A DNA stretch of 64,000 nt from a virus. The first letter of the stretch is position 1; each line of letters begins with the position of its first letter. The stretch is taken from positions 64,001-128,000 of the IMG/VR virus record IMGVR_UViG_3300042402_001868; one strand, 5' to 3'. Both the position numbers and the translations under genes were made by a program. Positions 20,016-29,064 of the stretch are shown here, piece after piece. The notes below the pieces were generated by a model that worked only from the letters and a program-made list of their open reading frames with translations, ran no database searches and was not told the DNA's origin.

Positions 20016-20736
20016 CAGCTGATACTACCTTGGCCTTGGGAGGACGACCACGACGTGTGGCAGCGGTAGTAGGCTGTGCCTGTTCTTGTACCACTGGCGC
20101 CATGTTGTTTAATTTCACAGCCGGGTACATGCGCTGGGCATCCTTCTTCATTCTGGCAGCTTCGGCAATCATGCCTTTGGCTTCTGATTCCATTCGCTTG
20201 GCCTGCGACAACATGTTCATGGCCAGTGACTTGTCGTCAAGGGCACCATCCACACTTGCAAGCAGTGGTTCGGGTTGTGCATTACGCTCTTGCAGACGTT
20301 TGAATTCTGCTTCAGCTTTGCGCTTCACAGCAGGATCAACCAGTCCGGTACTCTTGTCAATTTCACGCAGGCGATTGATAGCAGCCTCACCTGTTTCCAT
20401 CTCTTTGATGATACGGTTGAGTTCGTCTAGCTTGACATTGCTTTGGGCGTTGGGTGTCACAATAACTTGATTGCTAGGAATCTTCTTAATCATACCCTCG
20501 CGGTGCAAGGCCTCCAGCTGTGGGCGACCATCTGGCAGTACTCCACGATGCAAAGCATCTGCCAAGTTAGTGGCCTGTTGCCCCACTGGGCTTTCCAATG
20601 TCTTCATGATTGAATCATGAATGTGTGTTGGCAAAGTCTCTGGATAAATCACAAGGCACATATGATCCTCGCCAGGTACTTCTCTAAATAAAATTGCAAC
20701 CTTGCGGTCTCCGTGTCTTCCGATGTGTTTAAGCAT
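20002..20736 (-). CDS. Hypothetical protein with coiled coil and C-terminal AT-hook-like RRGRPPK
   Basis: ORF with GGAG RBS; RGRP motif near the C-terminus. Confidence 0.75.
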   Translation of the reverse strand: MLKHIGRHGDRKVAILFREVPGEDHMCLVIYPETLPTHIHDSIMKTLESPVGQQATNLADALHRGVLPDGRPQLEALHREGMIKKIPSNQVIVTPNAQSNVKLDELNRIIKEMETGEAAINRLREIDKSTGLVDPAVKRKAEAEFKRLQERNAQPEPLLASVDGALDDKSLAMNMLSQAKRMESEAKGMIAEAARMKKDAQRMYPAVKLNNMAPVVQEQAQPTTAATRRGRPPKAKVVSADAVQ

Positions 20737-20929
20737 TTGCTTCTCCTTGAGTGTTTGCAGATTGTTCTACTGCCTGAGCCTGAACGGATTCGATAAAGAG
20801 TCCGAGTTTTTCATACAACTCACCAACCTGCTTCATTTCGGATGCTTTGAATGCACCGCGAGTACAAGCCGCGTCAATGATGCTCTTGAGAGAAACCATA
20901 TCAGTGATTGTTAGTTGAGTATTTTCCAT
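20729..20929 (-). CDS. Small hypothetical phage protein
   Basis: 66 aa; TTAAATA just upstream of the ATG. Confidence 0.7.
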   Translation of the reverse strand: MENTQLTITDMVSLKSIIDAACTRGAFKASEMKQVGELYEKLGLFIESVQAQAVEQSANTQGEANA

Positions 20930-20965
20930 ACAAATATTTAACGAGAAAATACTTGATGGTAATTT

Positions 20966-21148
20966 TTATTTGATCCCAAAATGTTCTTTGATCTGATTCA
21001 TTGCATCATCGTATCCGTTTAGATACAGATTATACATGCACTCTCTCACAATCAAATCAGCCAGTTGATCAATTTTATCAACTGCAATCCACTTACCGCT
21101 TACGTCGGTTCCTATTTGGTTTACTAATTCCTGTAGCTTGGGTTCCAT
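20966..21148 (-). CDS. Small hypothetical protein
   Basis: 60-aa ORF in a run of overlapping small genes. Confidence 0.6.
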   Translation of the reverse strand: MEPKLQELVNQIGTDVSGKWIAVDKIDQLADLIVRECMYNLYLNGYDDAMNQIKEHFGIK

Positions 21149-21332
21149 ATTTCTTTTCCAAAACTGGTTTAATATTAATATCGTAAATTTGTTCCATCAC
21201 ACGCCATAATCCCCGGCGTTCTAGTGCGGTCATGCCACGAACCCAAGGCGGGTCTGTGGCTAATTTTGGCACTTCATAATCTTCTCTATACATTACGCAC
21301 ATGGAGTGAATGATCTCTTCAGGAGTTTTCAC
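21093..21332 (-). CDS. Small hypothetical protein
   Basis: 79-aa ORF with GTGA overlap. Confidence 0.55.
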   Translation of the reverse strand: MKTPEEIIHSMCVMYREDYEVPKLATDPPWVRGMTALERRGLWRVMEQIYDINIKPVLEKKYGTQATGISKPNRNRRKR

Positions 21333-21568
21333 TTGTATTCCTTGATATCCTTATGCGTGACCACAACAACATGATGTACCTGGCCGTTGTGCTTGATGGG
21401 TAAATCTAAATGCACAGTGATACGTGGACCTTCGGTGTAATTGATCACAGTATCGTTGCCTACAGTTCCAACAAAGGGGATCTTGTTCCAATGTCCAAAC
21501 ACACGATCACCAATGTACCATATCGGCTGATAGCCAATACGATTAAAGTAATCTGATTGATTGCCCAT
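21329..21568 (-). CDS. Small hypothetical protein
   Basis: 79-aa ORF with TAATG overlap. Confidence 0.65.
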   Translation of the reverse strand: MGNQSDYFNRIGYQPIWYIGDRVFGHWNKIPFVGTVGNDTVINYTEGPRITVHLDLPIKHNGQVHHVVVVTHKDIKEYK

Positions 21569-21747
21569 TACATTTTCATCTTGTGACCTGACAGGAAGAA
21601 ATTAACACCAGCAATAGCAAAATTAATTGCGGCGTTAACATAGTTTCCAACCGCTAGTGAACTCAACCCTGCCATAACGCAGATACCAATAACAAACCAA
21701 GTAATAGCAATTTGGTGTGTGATATACCATGTTCTAAAAGCACTCAT
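21568..21747 (-). CDS. Small membrane protein (59 aa, two hydrophobic segments)
   Basis: Read directly: MSAFRTWYITHQIAITWFVIGICVMAGLSSLAVGNYVNAAINFAIAGVNFFLSGHKMKM; AAGGA RBS. Confidence 0.65.
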   Translation of the reverse strand: MSAFRTWYITHQIAITWFVIGICVMAGLSSLAVGNYVNAAINFAIAGVNFFLSGHKMKM

Positions 21748-21941
21748 GTTAGTTTCCTTTCGTGTACAAGAGTTTCAAACTGTTCAAACAGTTCTTCAAA
21801 CTTATGATGATAAACAGCAGACAATGCCTCAAAATCGGCACTCCCTGCATTCCGCTTGGCCAACAACTTGACGTCATCAACCATGCCCCAGCAACTCATA
21901 ATCTGTTGCTCAAAATCAAAACGGTCTGTCATTGCTTCCAT
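21744..21941 (-). CDS. Small hypothetical protein (probable start 21932, MTDRFD)
   Basis: Small ORF coupled at both ends. Confidence 0.6.
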   Translation of the reverse strand: MEAMTDRFDFEQQIMSCWGMVDDVKLLAKRNAGSADFEALSAVYHHKFEELFEQFETLVHERKLT

Positions 21942-22063
21942 TCCTGTCTGGCCTTAAGGGCCTCTATAAAAATTTTCTTACCTATTTCCCATAGTGGATG
22001 CCAAACGTATCCTACCACTGCACCCAAGGCAAACCAATTTAATGCGTTGAGAAAGTCTTGCAT
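21929..22063 (-). CDS. Small membrane-anchored protein (44 aa)
   Basis: Read directly: MQDFLNALNWFALGAVVGYVWHPLWEIGKKIFIEALKARQEWKQ. Confidence 0.55.
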   Translation of the reverse strand: MQDFLNALNWFALGAVVGYVWHPLWEIGKKIFIEALKARQEWKQ

Positions 22064-22260
22064 TAGGCCATCCTATCTACGTTTTGTCCCGGACGATTCA
22101 TGTACCGGTTCATTTCAATACGCTTCAACTCGTCCTGTTCTCGACGTGCCTTGGTCTGTTGTTGCTCAACCACTGCCTCGTTGTGACGTTGGTCTGCTTT
22201 CTTTACCTCAGTGCGCTGATAGACTTGGTTGTTCCACTCAGCAACCTTATCAACGCCCAC
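22063..22260 (-). CDS. Small hypothetical protein (probable GTG start)
   Basis: C-terminal part of track ORF 22063-22371; GGAG upstream of GTG 22260. Confidence 0.5.
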   Translation of the reverse strand: MGVDKVAEWNNQVYQRTEVKKADQRHNEAVVEQQQTKARREQDELKRIEMNRYMNRPGQNVDRMA

Positions 22261-23542
22261 TTGCCTTCTCCTCGTCATAGTAAGCATATTGACCCCATGG
22301 TGGCTCAATAGTTGTGGTGCCATGCAAGATCCAAACTGTATCTGCATAGTTCTCGTCACCCCAAGATCCAAATGGGTATCCGTCTGTAAACACTACAAGA
22401 CGCTTGGGCTCAATCTCGTTCTCTTTTAAGTAACTGTAGATGGCGTCAAAGTCTGTACCACCACCACCTTTGACCTCGTAGTCGCAAATGTCATCCAAGT
22501 TGTCACTGTCGTATTGTGCAGGGTTATATGCTTCTGTGTCAAAAGTAAACACATGGATCTTGTATGCAGGAAACGAGTCCATGATACCCTGTATCTCGCC
22601 CAGGAAGTCTTTGAGCATGGTCTCACTAATAGAACCTGAAGCGTCCAGTGCCACAGCAATATCAATCATGGGATCCACCTTCATGCCAGGCATGACAGCA
22701 TCCATGTGCCAGCCCTTGCGGCTTGCTCTCATCCAAGTGTAGTCACTCTTAATTGTGCTCTCTAATTGCATACGGAGCAGTTCTCGCCAGTTCATCTGGG
22801 GCTCTGTGAGCTCTTGGATAAGACGCTTGACACCTGCGGGCAAGTTACCTGCGCCATCTACTGTAGCGGCTGCCGCCAACATGGCTTCTTTAATCTCGTC
22901 TTTAATAGCTTGACGCTCTTCTGCCGACAGTTTGGGACGACCTTTGCCTTCTTTCTCGTTGCCACCGTCGCCACCATCTTCATCCTCGTCGCCTTCTCCA
23001 TCCAAGTGCTCGTCAATCATCTGGTCCAACAACTTGCCAATGTCAATTTTCTCTGCCTTCTCGTACAACAGGTCATAGATCTCTTCCGAGCTCATGCCGT
23101 CATACTTGGGATCATGTAAACAAGGCACTGTAGTAATTTTCTCGCCCACACGATGTTTAATTAAATCTGCGTTGACACAATAGTCATTGGCAATGTTAAA
23201 CAACTGGTGGTCTCGCTCACCTCTGCGTCCAAAGTGGTCATACACACAATGTAGCACCTCGTGTCCAAACAAGAATTCGATTTCTTTGGGACGCAACATT
23301 TTAATGAAGCGGCTATTGTAGTAAAAGTTTCTGCCATCTGTTGCGGCAGTTGAGCACCACTCGTCTGCGTTGACCAGTTTCAAACGAGTTGCCAAGTTAC
23401 CAAAGAAACTTGCCTTAAGCAAAAGGCCCACACGAGCAGTGATAAGCATCTCGCGTACTTCTCTGTCAAGTTTGGGATCTGTCTTGCCCAGAAGATTAGC
23501 AAACTTCTTTTTGTCTTCTTTTGTTGCAGTAGTAGATGTCAT
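22250..23542 (-). CDS. DUF2201-type metallopeptidase-like + VWA domain protein (MoxR partner)
   Basis: TAATDG, HEVLH (HExxH), acidic linker, MIDAS DASGS, GGGGTDF and TDG. Confidence 0.9.
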   Translation of the reverse strand: MTSTTATKEDKKKFANLLGKTDPKLDREVREMLITARVGLLLKASFFGNLATRLKLVNADEWCSTAATDGRNFYYNSRFIKMLRPKEIEFLFGHEVLHCVYDHFGRRGERDHQLFNIANDYCVNADLIKHRVGEKITTVPCLHDPKYDGMSSEEIYDLLYEKAEKIDIGKLLDQMIDEHLDGEGDEDEDGGDGGNEKEGKGRPKLSAEERQAIKDEIKEAMLAAAATVDGAGNLPAGVKRLIQELTEPQMNWRELLRMQLESTIKSDYTWMRASRKGWHMDAVMPGMKVDPMIDIAVALDASGSISETMLKDFLGEIQGIMDSFPAYKIHVFTFDTEAYNPAQYDSDNLDDICDYEVKGGGGTDFDAIYSYLKENEIEPKRLVVFTDGYPFGSWGDENYADTVWILHGTTTIEPPWGQYAYYDEEKASGR

Positions 23543-23568
23543 ATATGCCTTTCTAATTTGTATAACGT

Positions 23569-23597
23569 ATTGTAGCAAAGAGCAATTTATTGGTCAA
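23569..23597 (-). promoter_or_regulatory. sigma70-type promoter
   Basis: TTGACC-N17-TACAAT with extended TG. Confidence 0.75.
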
Positions 23598-23658
23598 GTT
23601 AAAGAGGAGGGCAGTGCGACACAGCCCTGTGTTTTTTGAACACCACCCTCCCGATTAA

Positions 23659-24741
23659 TTAAGCGGATGCCTGCAAAATGTACTTACCAAAACGCTGGTG
23701 GAACTCATCAAAGTTCTTGAGCTTAGTGGGCAAGAAGGGCAAGTCGTATGTGGTAAGAGCAATACGAGCACCCATAACTGTCAACTCTGTCTCAAAGTTC
23801 TTCATCATATAGCCCAGGAAGTTGTCTGCCATGTCGTGGAACTCTTTGTCTGCTGTCTTGTTCTCCACAGCGGCCTTGAGCTCATAGCACATGGAGATCA
23901 CCAAACTGTACATGGCACTGACCTCTTTGACATTCAAGTCCTTGACCTTGCCCTTAAGGATGTCTAAAGGATTAGGCATCTTGCTGGCAACCTTGCGGTG
24001 AGCCATAAACTTAACAGCAAGACCTTCGCCTACTGTACCAGCAATTAAGTTGGTCAGGGTGTCGTTGTCGCACTCGTCATCCAAAAGCTCGCTTACAAAA
24101 CTCCATGAGCGCGGTGTAGCAAAGGCACGACTGGCACTCTTAGCATCGAAGTCGTATAAGTCTTGCTTGGCAAAACTCAAATAACCCACAACATCTTTGT
24201 GAATCTTGTTTAGAACAGCCCACTCTTGCCAAGACGCAAAGTCCACTTTCATCTCTTGGTGGATGAAACGATTAGCAAGCGGAGTGGGCATACGATAGGT
24301 AACGCCTTTGTCGCTTTCTCTGTTGCCTGCGGCTACCATAACAACATTGTCTGGCAATTTGTATTTGCCAATACGACGATTCAAAATAAGCTGATAGGCG
24401 GCACTCTGAACACTGGGTGCGGCACTGTTCAACTCGTCTAAGAACAAGACCACAACAGGATACTGGCTGGCCAGTTCGTCATCGGGTAGTTCTACTGGGG
24501 GAGCCCAATCCATCTTGCCCGAGTCCTTGTTATAGAACGGGATGCCACGAATGTCTGTGGGCTCCATCTGACCCAAGCGCAGGTCAATCATGTAGCCACC
24601 AAGATCTCGGGTGATATTCTCCACAAGCTCAGATTTACCGATGCCGGGAGGACCCCACAAGAACAAGGGACGCTGAACTTTAAATGCTTTAAGCAGGGAT
24701 TTACGAGCCTGTACGGCTGTGACGGTGCGGGTATCTGACAT
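23659..24741 (-). CDS. MoxR-like AAA+ ATPase
   Basis: Walker A GPPGIGKS, Walker B LFLDE, AAGN and LANRF. Confidence 0.92.
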   Translation of the reverse strand: MSDTRTVTAVQARKSLLKAFKVQRPLFLWGPPGIGKSELVENITRDLGGYMIDLRLGQMEPTDIRGIPFYNKDSGKMDWAPPVELPDDELASQYPVVVLFLDELNSAAPSVQSAAYQLILNRRIGKYKLPDNVVMVAAGNRESDKGVTYRMPTPLANRFIHQEMKVDFASWQEWAVLNKIHKDVVGYLSFAKQDLYDFDAKSASRAFATPRSWSFVSELLDDECDNDTLTNLIAGTVGEGLAVKFMAHRKVASKMPNPLDILKGKVKDLNVKEVSAMYSLVISMCYELKAAVENKTADKEFHDMADNFLGYMMKNFETELTVMGARIALTTYDLPFLPTKLKNFDEFHQRFGKYILQASA

Positions 24742-24785
24742 GGGCTGTGCCTTTCTAGGGTTGAAATTTAACTAACTAAGCTTCT

Positions 24786-24814
24786 ATTGTAACAAAACAC
24801 GATTTTCGTGTCAA
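24786..24814 (-). promoter_or_regulatory. sigma70-type promoter
   Basis: TTGACA-N17-TACAAT. Confidence 0.75.
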
Positions 24815-24996
24815 CTGTTAACTGTTGCAAAAGGGCTACAGTCTTCTTGATTCTGATTGACAGGATCTTCAGAAGGGTCCGCAACTTCATACACCCAATT
24901 GATGGGCACATCGAGAAGTCGTGCAATAGTAACGGGCAAGTAGCCCTCAACTAACATACCGTCGATTTCCACGGCAAGATTGCTCATAGCACTCAT
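24811..24996 (-). CDS. Small hypothetical protein
   Basis: AAGGAG RBS and its own promoter. Confidence 0.7.
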   Translation of the reverse strand: MSAMSNLAVEIDGMLVEGYLPVTIARLLDVPINWVYEVADPSEDPVNQNQEDCSPFATVNS

Positions 24997-25026
24997 AACT
25001 AACTCCTTTTTAACTACAATACACGT

Positions 25027-25055
25027 ATTATAGCAAAAAGCAATTTAATGGTCAA
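25027..25055 (-). promoter_or_regulatory. sigma70-type promoter
   Basis: TTGACC-N17-TATAAT with extended TG. Confidence 0.8.
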
Positions 25056-26211
25056 CCAGGGAAATATCCTTGGGCAGTTGTGGGGTAAAATCTTTGATGT
25101 AAATGGCTGAACTCATACAGGCCTTGAATCCGTCATGTAGTGTCCAAATGTCAGGATATTTGTTGTGTAGGTATTGCAACCCATGCAGCCAATGGTTATA
25201 AACCGTTGGATTGGTTTTTTCGGCTAGATCTTTAAGTACTGCACTGTCGGGGTTGACAATACTGCTGACGCCGTTATCGGCAATGGTAGTATACCAATGT
25301 TTATTGTATCCAGATGCAGACACTACATCAGCTACTCTACTACGACCAAAACTTTTGTTCCATTCGGCATATAAATCACCACGCTCACGTAGACTACGAT
25401 TGGATTTTTTACCCTGCACTTCATGCACAAAGTCATGGCTACATTCTGGATGACTTTCCAGCCATTTGATAATCATCCATACTTGCTTGATATACAATCT
25501 TGTGGCTTCGGGACACAAATAAAACAAGTGTCTAGGACTATTTAAATGAGCTGTGAGAGCAACGTCGGGCATTTGCGCATACCACTTACCGTTGTGCAAA
25601 CTAACTCTTGGCTTGTCCACTCCATTGATATCGCACCTACCAATGATATGATCTAGTCCTATAAAATCTTTATGGTGTACCGCTGTATTATATCTATAAG
25701 TTTTAGTAAAATTATGATTTTCTCCAGGCCCATGATAGATCCAGTCAGATCCATGCTCTTGATAAAATTTAAATGTGGTGTCTTGATCGTATTCAATATA
25801 CCTAATGTTTAACCAAGGCTGTAGATGATTTTTAATCAGATGAGCCTGTTGTAGCGCAACCTGAGCTTCAATGTTGTCATGAGTTTTGATATAAGGCTTA
25901 TGGAATATTAGTATTTCGTCTAATCGAGTGTTAGTACGTAAAATACTATCCAGGATAGTGTGACTATCGTACCCAGCACTATACCAAAGAGCTAGATATT
26001 GATACTCTTCTCGCAGTATTCTAACACGTTGATCAATAAGATCATAAACTGATTCTTCTGGCTCAGTAGTCCAGTCATGCTGGCGGTGAGCATCGTCTGC
26101 AAAATAAAAATGCACACGACTCAGGTCACCGCCAGCTGCCTCTACTGCCAAAAGTTTGTTGGTAGTTTTATAGTCACCGACTTGATAGTAAAGGTATTGA
26201 CTTGAATTCAT
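25045..26211 (-). CDS. PP-loop (adenine nucleotide alpha-hydrolase-like) protein
   Basis: LWYSAGYDS resembles the SGGxDS PP-loop; substrate unknown. Confidence 0.6.
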   Translation of the reverse strand: MNSSQYLYYQVGDYKTTNKLLAVEAAGGDLSRVHFYFADDAHRQHDWTTEPEESVYDLIDQRVRILREEYQYLALWYSAGYDSHTILDSILRTNTRLDEILIFHKPYIKTHDNIEAQVALQQAHLIKNHLQPWLNIRYIEYDQDTTFKFYQEHGSDWIYHGPGENHNFTKTYRYNTAVHHKDFIGLDHIIGRCDINGVDKPRVSLHNGKWYAQMPDVALTAHLNSPRHLFYLCPEATRLYIKQVWMIIKWLESHPECSHDFVHEVQGKKSNRSLRERGDLYAEWNKSFGRSRVADVVSASGYNKHWYTTIADNGVSSIVNPDSAVLKDLAEKTNPTVYNHWLHGLQYLHNKYPDIWTLHDGFKACMSSAIYIKDFTPQLPKDISLVDH

Positions 26212-27122
26212 AGATCAATTTTTTGCAAACTTGTTCTGAGTTGATCAATGAATTGTGTGTAAGACTGGACATCGTTTCCAATGTTAATTTGGTTTCTTTT
26301 GGTCAGGCTTTCTACCACTGCAGGGTCTTTCAACACGTTAAGAATGTCTTGACGAAGTTGTTTAAGTTCTTCCTGATCTATTTTTGGACTCGCAGCAATC
26401 AGTATTCCGCCACTGACTTGGCCCACGCCTAACTGTTTCCGAACTGACGGAACAGACTGTCCGGCAATTGTCAGTGACTGATCAGTTGTATTTCCTAATA
26501 TACGAAATTTGCCAGCTTTGACGTACTCTTCGACTACAGGAGTGTAAGACATAATTGCTACATTAATGTCGTTGGCCAATAACGCTGTAATAATATCCGT
26601 CGGGCCTTTATATCTAACTGGTTCAACGGCTTTAGCTTCCCAATTGTAGTGTTGAGATAACAGTTGCAAGTTGACTACTTCTACAGAGACAGCATAACCT
26701 ACAAAATTTTTAGTACTGTTTGGCAACGTTTTGATCAGATCGTTCATGTTTTTATACGGTGCATCGGCTCGTATTACCCAGGCCTGCGGAGTCAATCCCA
26801 CAGGGCTAATTGGAATAAAGTCATCGTCCTTGTAAGGTAAGTCTTTTATGGTCTTGGGATTGAAGGCCAGCATGGTAGTAGAAGTCAAAATTAAGCCAGG
26901 TTTGGCTATATTTTTAAAACGTACAACTGCAGGCACATGATTTCCGCCGCCTACACTCTCAACTACCAGTGTATTTCCAGTTTGTTTTTTATAAGCTTCG
27001 GCAATTACTCTTGCAGTAATTTCACTAGACGATCCTGGTGCATTAGGATTGATTAGCACATACTCTTTGGCCGTGGCCACGTTAATAAACATTGCAAAAA
27101 GCAATGAAACAATAAATTTCAT
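26208..27122 (-). CDS. Bug/TctC tripartite tricarboxylate transporter substrate-binding protein
   Basis: Signal peptide, APGSSSEITAR, VVESVGGG, LPYKDDDFIPIS, PYKNMNDLI and VRYKG. Confidence 0.85.
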   Translation of the reverse strand: MKFIVSLLFAMFINVATAKEYVLINPNAPGSSSEITARVIAEAYKKQTGNTLVVESVGGGNHVPAVVRFKNIAKPGLILTSTTMLAFNPKTIKDLPYKDDDFIPISPVGLTPQAWVIRADAPYKNMNDLIKTLPNSTKNFVGYAVSVEVVNLQLLSQHYNWEAKAVEPVRYKGPTDIITALLANDINVAIMSYTPVVEEYVKAGKFRILGNTTDQSLTIAGQSVPSVRKQLGVGQVSGGILIAASPKIDQEELKQLRQDILNVLKDPAVVESLTKRNQINIGNDVQSYTQFIDQLRTSLQKIDL

Positions 27123-27256
27123 AATTTCCTCGATAAGTTTAAAAGTACTAGTAGATGAATTCTACGTACGGAAGGCGTTCTGTAGTATAGTCCACAGTAA
27201 AGACATCTCTATGTCAAGCGTCAAATTGATCCGACGTCGGCCCTTGCCGGCGCTGT
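27123..27256 (-). promoter_or_regulatory. Candidate structured 5' leader RNA of the Bug gene
   Basis: Five consecutive hairpins found by hand pairing (see findings). Confidence 0.45.
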
Positions 27257-27264
27257 AATAATAT

Positions 27265-28344
27265 TTATTTTACAAAACAATCATTTAAAATTTTGTTATG
27301 TACACGTAGTCCTAGAGCATATCGAGGTTGATTGCTAGTATTAACTGCACCATGTGTAAACGTGTCGTTGTTAACAACCATTAACTCATTGCCTGTTGGC
27401 AATATGCCAGCACCAGCAAATTTAATAAAACTACCCTCAGGCCACACTAGTGGAACATATAGTTGCGTACACCCTTTATAATTTACATACTCGGGTTTTG
27501 ATTTATTTGTATCATCAGTATGAGGATAGATAAAATCCCCAGGAGATAATTTTCCTATAAAAACTGACCAGCAGTCAAGGTCCAATAGATCTATTATTGA
27601 TTTAATATGCGGGTAGTTGTCTGCTATTGGCAACCGATTGCCGTACTTGTACAACCATGTGACATTCCAATTTGAATTGAATTTGTCTCCAAACTCTTTC
27701 TGATTGGCTATACGTTGAGTGTAGGATTCTGTTGTGCTACCATCAATGTTTTTTACTACTTCTTGAGCTGCAAGTTCTATCAGTTCATGAGATATACTTT
27801 TTTTATACCACATATATGGTATTTGTTCGGCTGTTGCTGTCTCTTTTGAAATTACTGTGAAATTAAAGTTGTGTAAGAAAAAATCTGTGATAATTTTAGG
27901 AAATTTACTTGAGTCAACAGTCAATCTGTCTGGATAGTAAATCCAATATTTTTCATATAAGTTTGTCCCAAACACACCGTTTGGAAATTTAGATTCTACA
28001 AGCTCAAGCCAATAGCTAACAGGATATCCAAATGGCAGGTGCCAGGTCTGGTTTGCTTCCCATATCACTGCACCTGGCTGAAGTTTTTGATGATCAGAAT
28101 TTTCAATCCATCCCAAATACAACATTTTTCTTAGACTAGATTCGTTCACAAAAACTTGTAAGATTTCTAATCTAATAGAATTGAGACTAGTTATACTCAG
28201 TTTGTGTAAACCAAATTCACTGTTGGTATATATAAAAATTCCAGTGTCGTTGACGTTAAACTCAACTATTTGATTGTCTAGTTTAACACATATATCATTA
28301 GGAGTTATTTTTCCAGATGTTTCAATAAAAATAAATGGTGTCAT
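27265..28344 (-). CDS. Protein with C-terminal Asp/Asn beta-hydroxylase-like 2OG-Fe(II) oxygenase domain
   Basis: LSPGDFIYPHTD..HGAVN..PRY. Confidence 0.65.
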   Translation of the reverse strand: MTPFIFIETSGKITPNDICVKLDNQIVEFNVNDTGIFIYTNSEFGLHKLSITSLNSIRLEILQVFVNESSLRKMLYLGWIENSDHQKLQPGAVIWEANQTWHLPFGYPVSYWLELVESKFPNGVFGTNLYEKYWIYYPDRLTVDSSKFPKIITDFFLHNFNFTVISKETATAEQIPYMWYKKSISHELIELAAQEVVKNIDGSTTESYTQRIANQKEFGDKFNSNWNVTWLYKYGNRLPIADNYPHIKSIIDLLDLDCWSVFIGKLSPGDFIYPHTDDTNKSKPEYVNYKGCTQLYVPLVWPEGSFIKFAGAGILPTGNELMVVNNDTFTHGAVNTSNQPRYALGLRVHNKILNDCFVK

Positions 28345-28369
28345 TGCTTGAACTAACTTTCTGTAATCA

Positions 28370-28377
28370 TATTTATA
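28370..28377 (-). promoter_or_regulatory. T4-type late promoter TATAAATA
   Basis: Exact TATAAATA; also at 19710-19717, 40393-40400 and 50662-50669. Confidence 0.55.
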
Positions 28378-28418
28378 TTATAAAACATATGACTGACATG
28401 TAACAGTCTTGTGAGCTA

Positions 28419-29006
28419 TTACATATCAGGGCCGTTGCCGTTTTTGAAACCTACTGTGCCACCTTCTGCTTGGATGCGTTTGATTACATCTTCAAACAAG
28501 ATGGGGGCAAAATCTGTTTGTTCCACGCAAACACAATGATATCGAGGATCAATTACAGGAATGCCATACTTGCCCACAGGTTCCATCTTCACACGACTAG
28601 CATGCAAGTGACCGTGAATGTTAACTCCAAAACGACCTAATGATTCAGGATGGATCGGGATATGACTCAAAATCATTCCGTTCATCACATGGTATGCTCG
28701 CAACTCACGAAAGTATTCACGATACTCCACATCAGGAAAGATGTCATGGTTGCCACGGATCAACACCTTGTCTCCGTTCAATCGATGCAATGTCTTCAAG
28801 GCCCGGCGGTTGATAACAACATCGCCCAAGTGGTAGACCTTGTCGCTAGGACGCACACGGTCGTTCCATCGCCGAACCATTTCCTCGTCCATCTCATCTG
28901 GATCAGTCCATGGACGCAATTTTACCTCAGGGTCGTCTGGGTGTGTGAAGCGACAGACACCGGCGTGTCCAAAGTGTGTGTCGCTTGTTAAAAATACTGA
29001 TGGCAT
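28419..29006 (-). CDS. Calcineurin-like metallophosphoesterase
   Basis: SDTHFGH, HLGD, GNHD, SH and HGHLH. Confidence 0.92.
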   Translation of the reverse strand: MPSVFLTSDTHFGHAGVCRFTHPDDPEVKLRPWTDPDEMDEEMVRRWNDRVRPSDKVYHLGDVVINRRALKTLHRLNGDKVLIRGNHDIFPDVEYREYFRELRAYHVMNGMILSHIPIHPESLGRFGVNIHGHLHASRVKMEPVGKYGIPVIDPRYHCVCVEQTDFAPILFEDVIKRIQAEGGTVGFKNGNGPDM

Positions 29007-29031
29007 CTTGTGCTCCTTTCCTTAATCAAGT

Positions 29032-29060
29032 ATTATAGCACAACAATCAATATTAGTCAA
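29032..29060 (-). promoter_or_regulatory. sigma70-type promoter
   Basis: TTGACT-N17-TATAAT. Confidence 0.75.
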
Positions 29061-29064
29061 TGTG

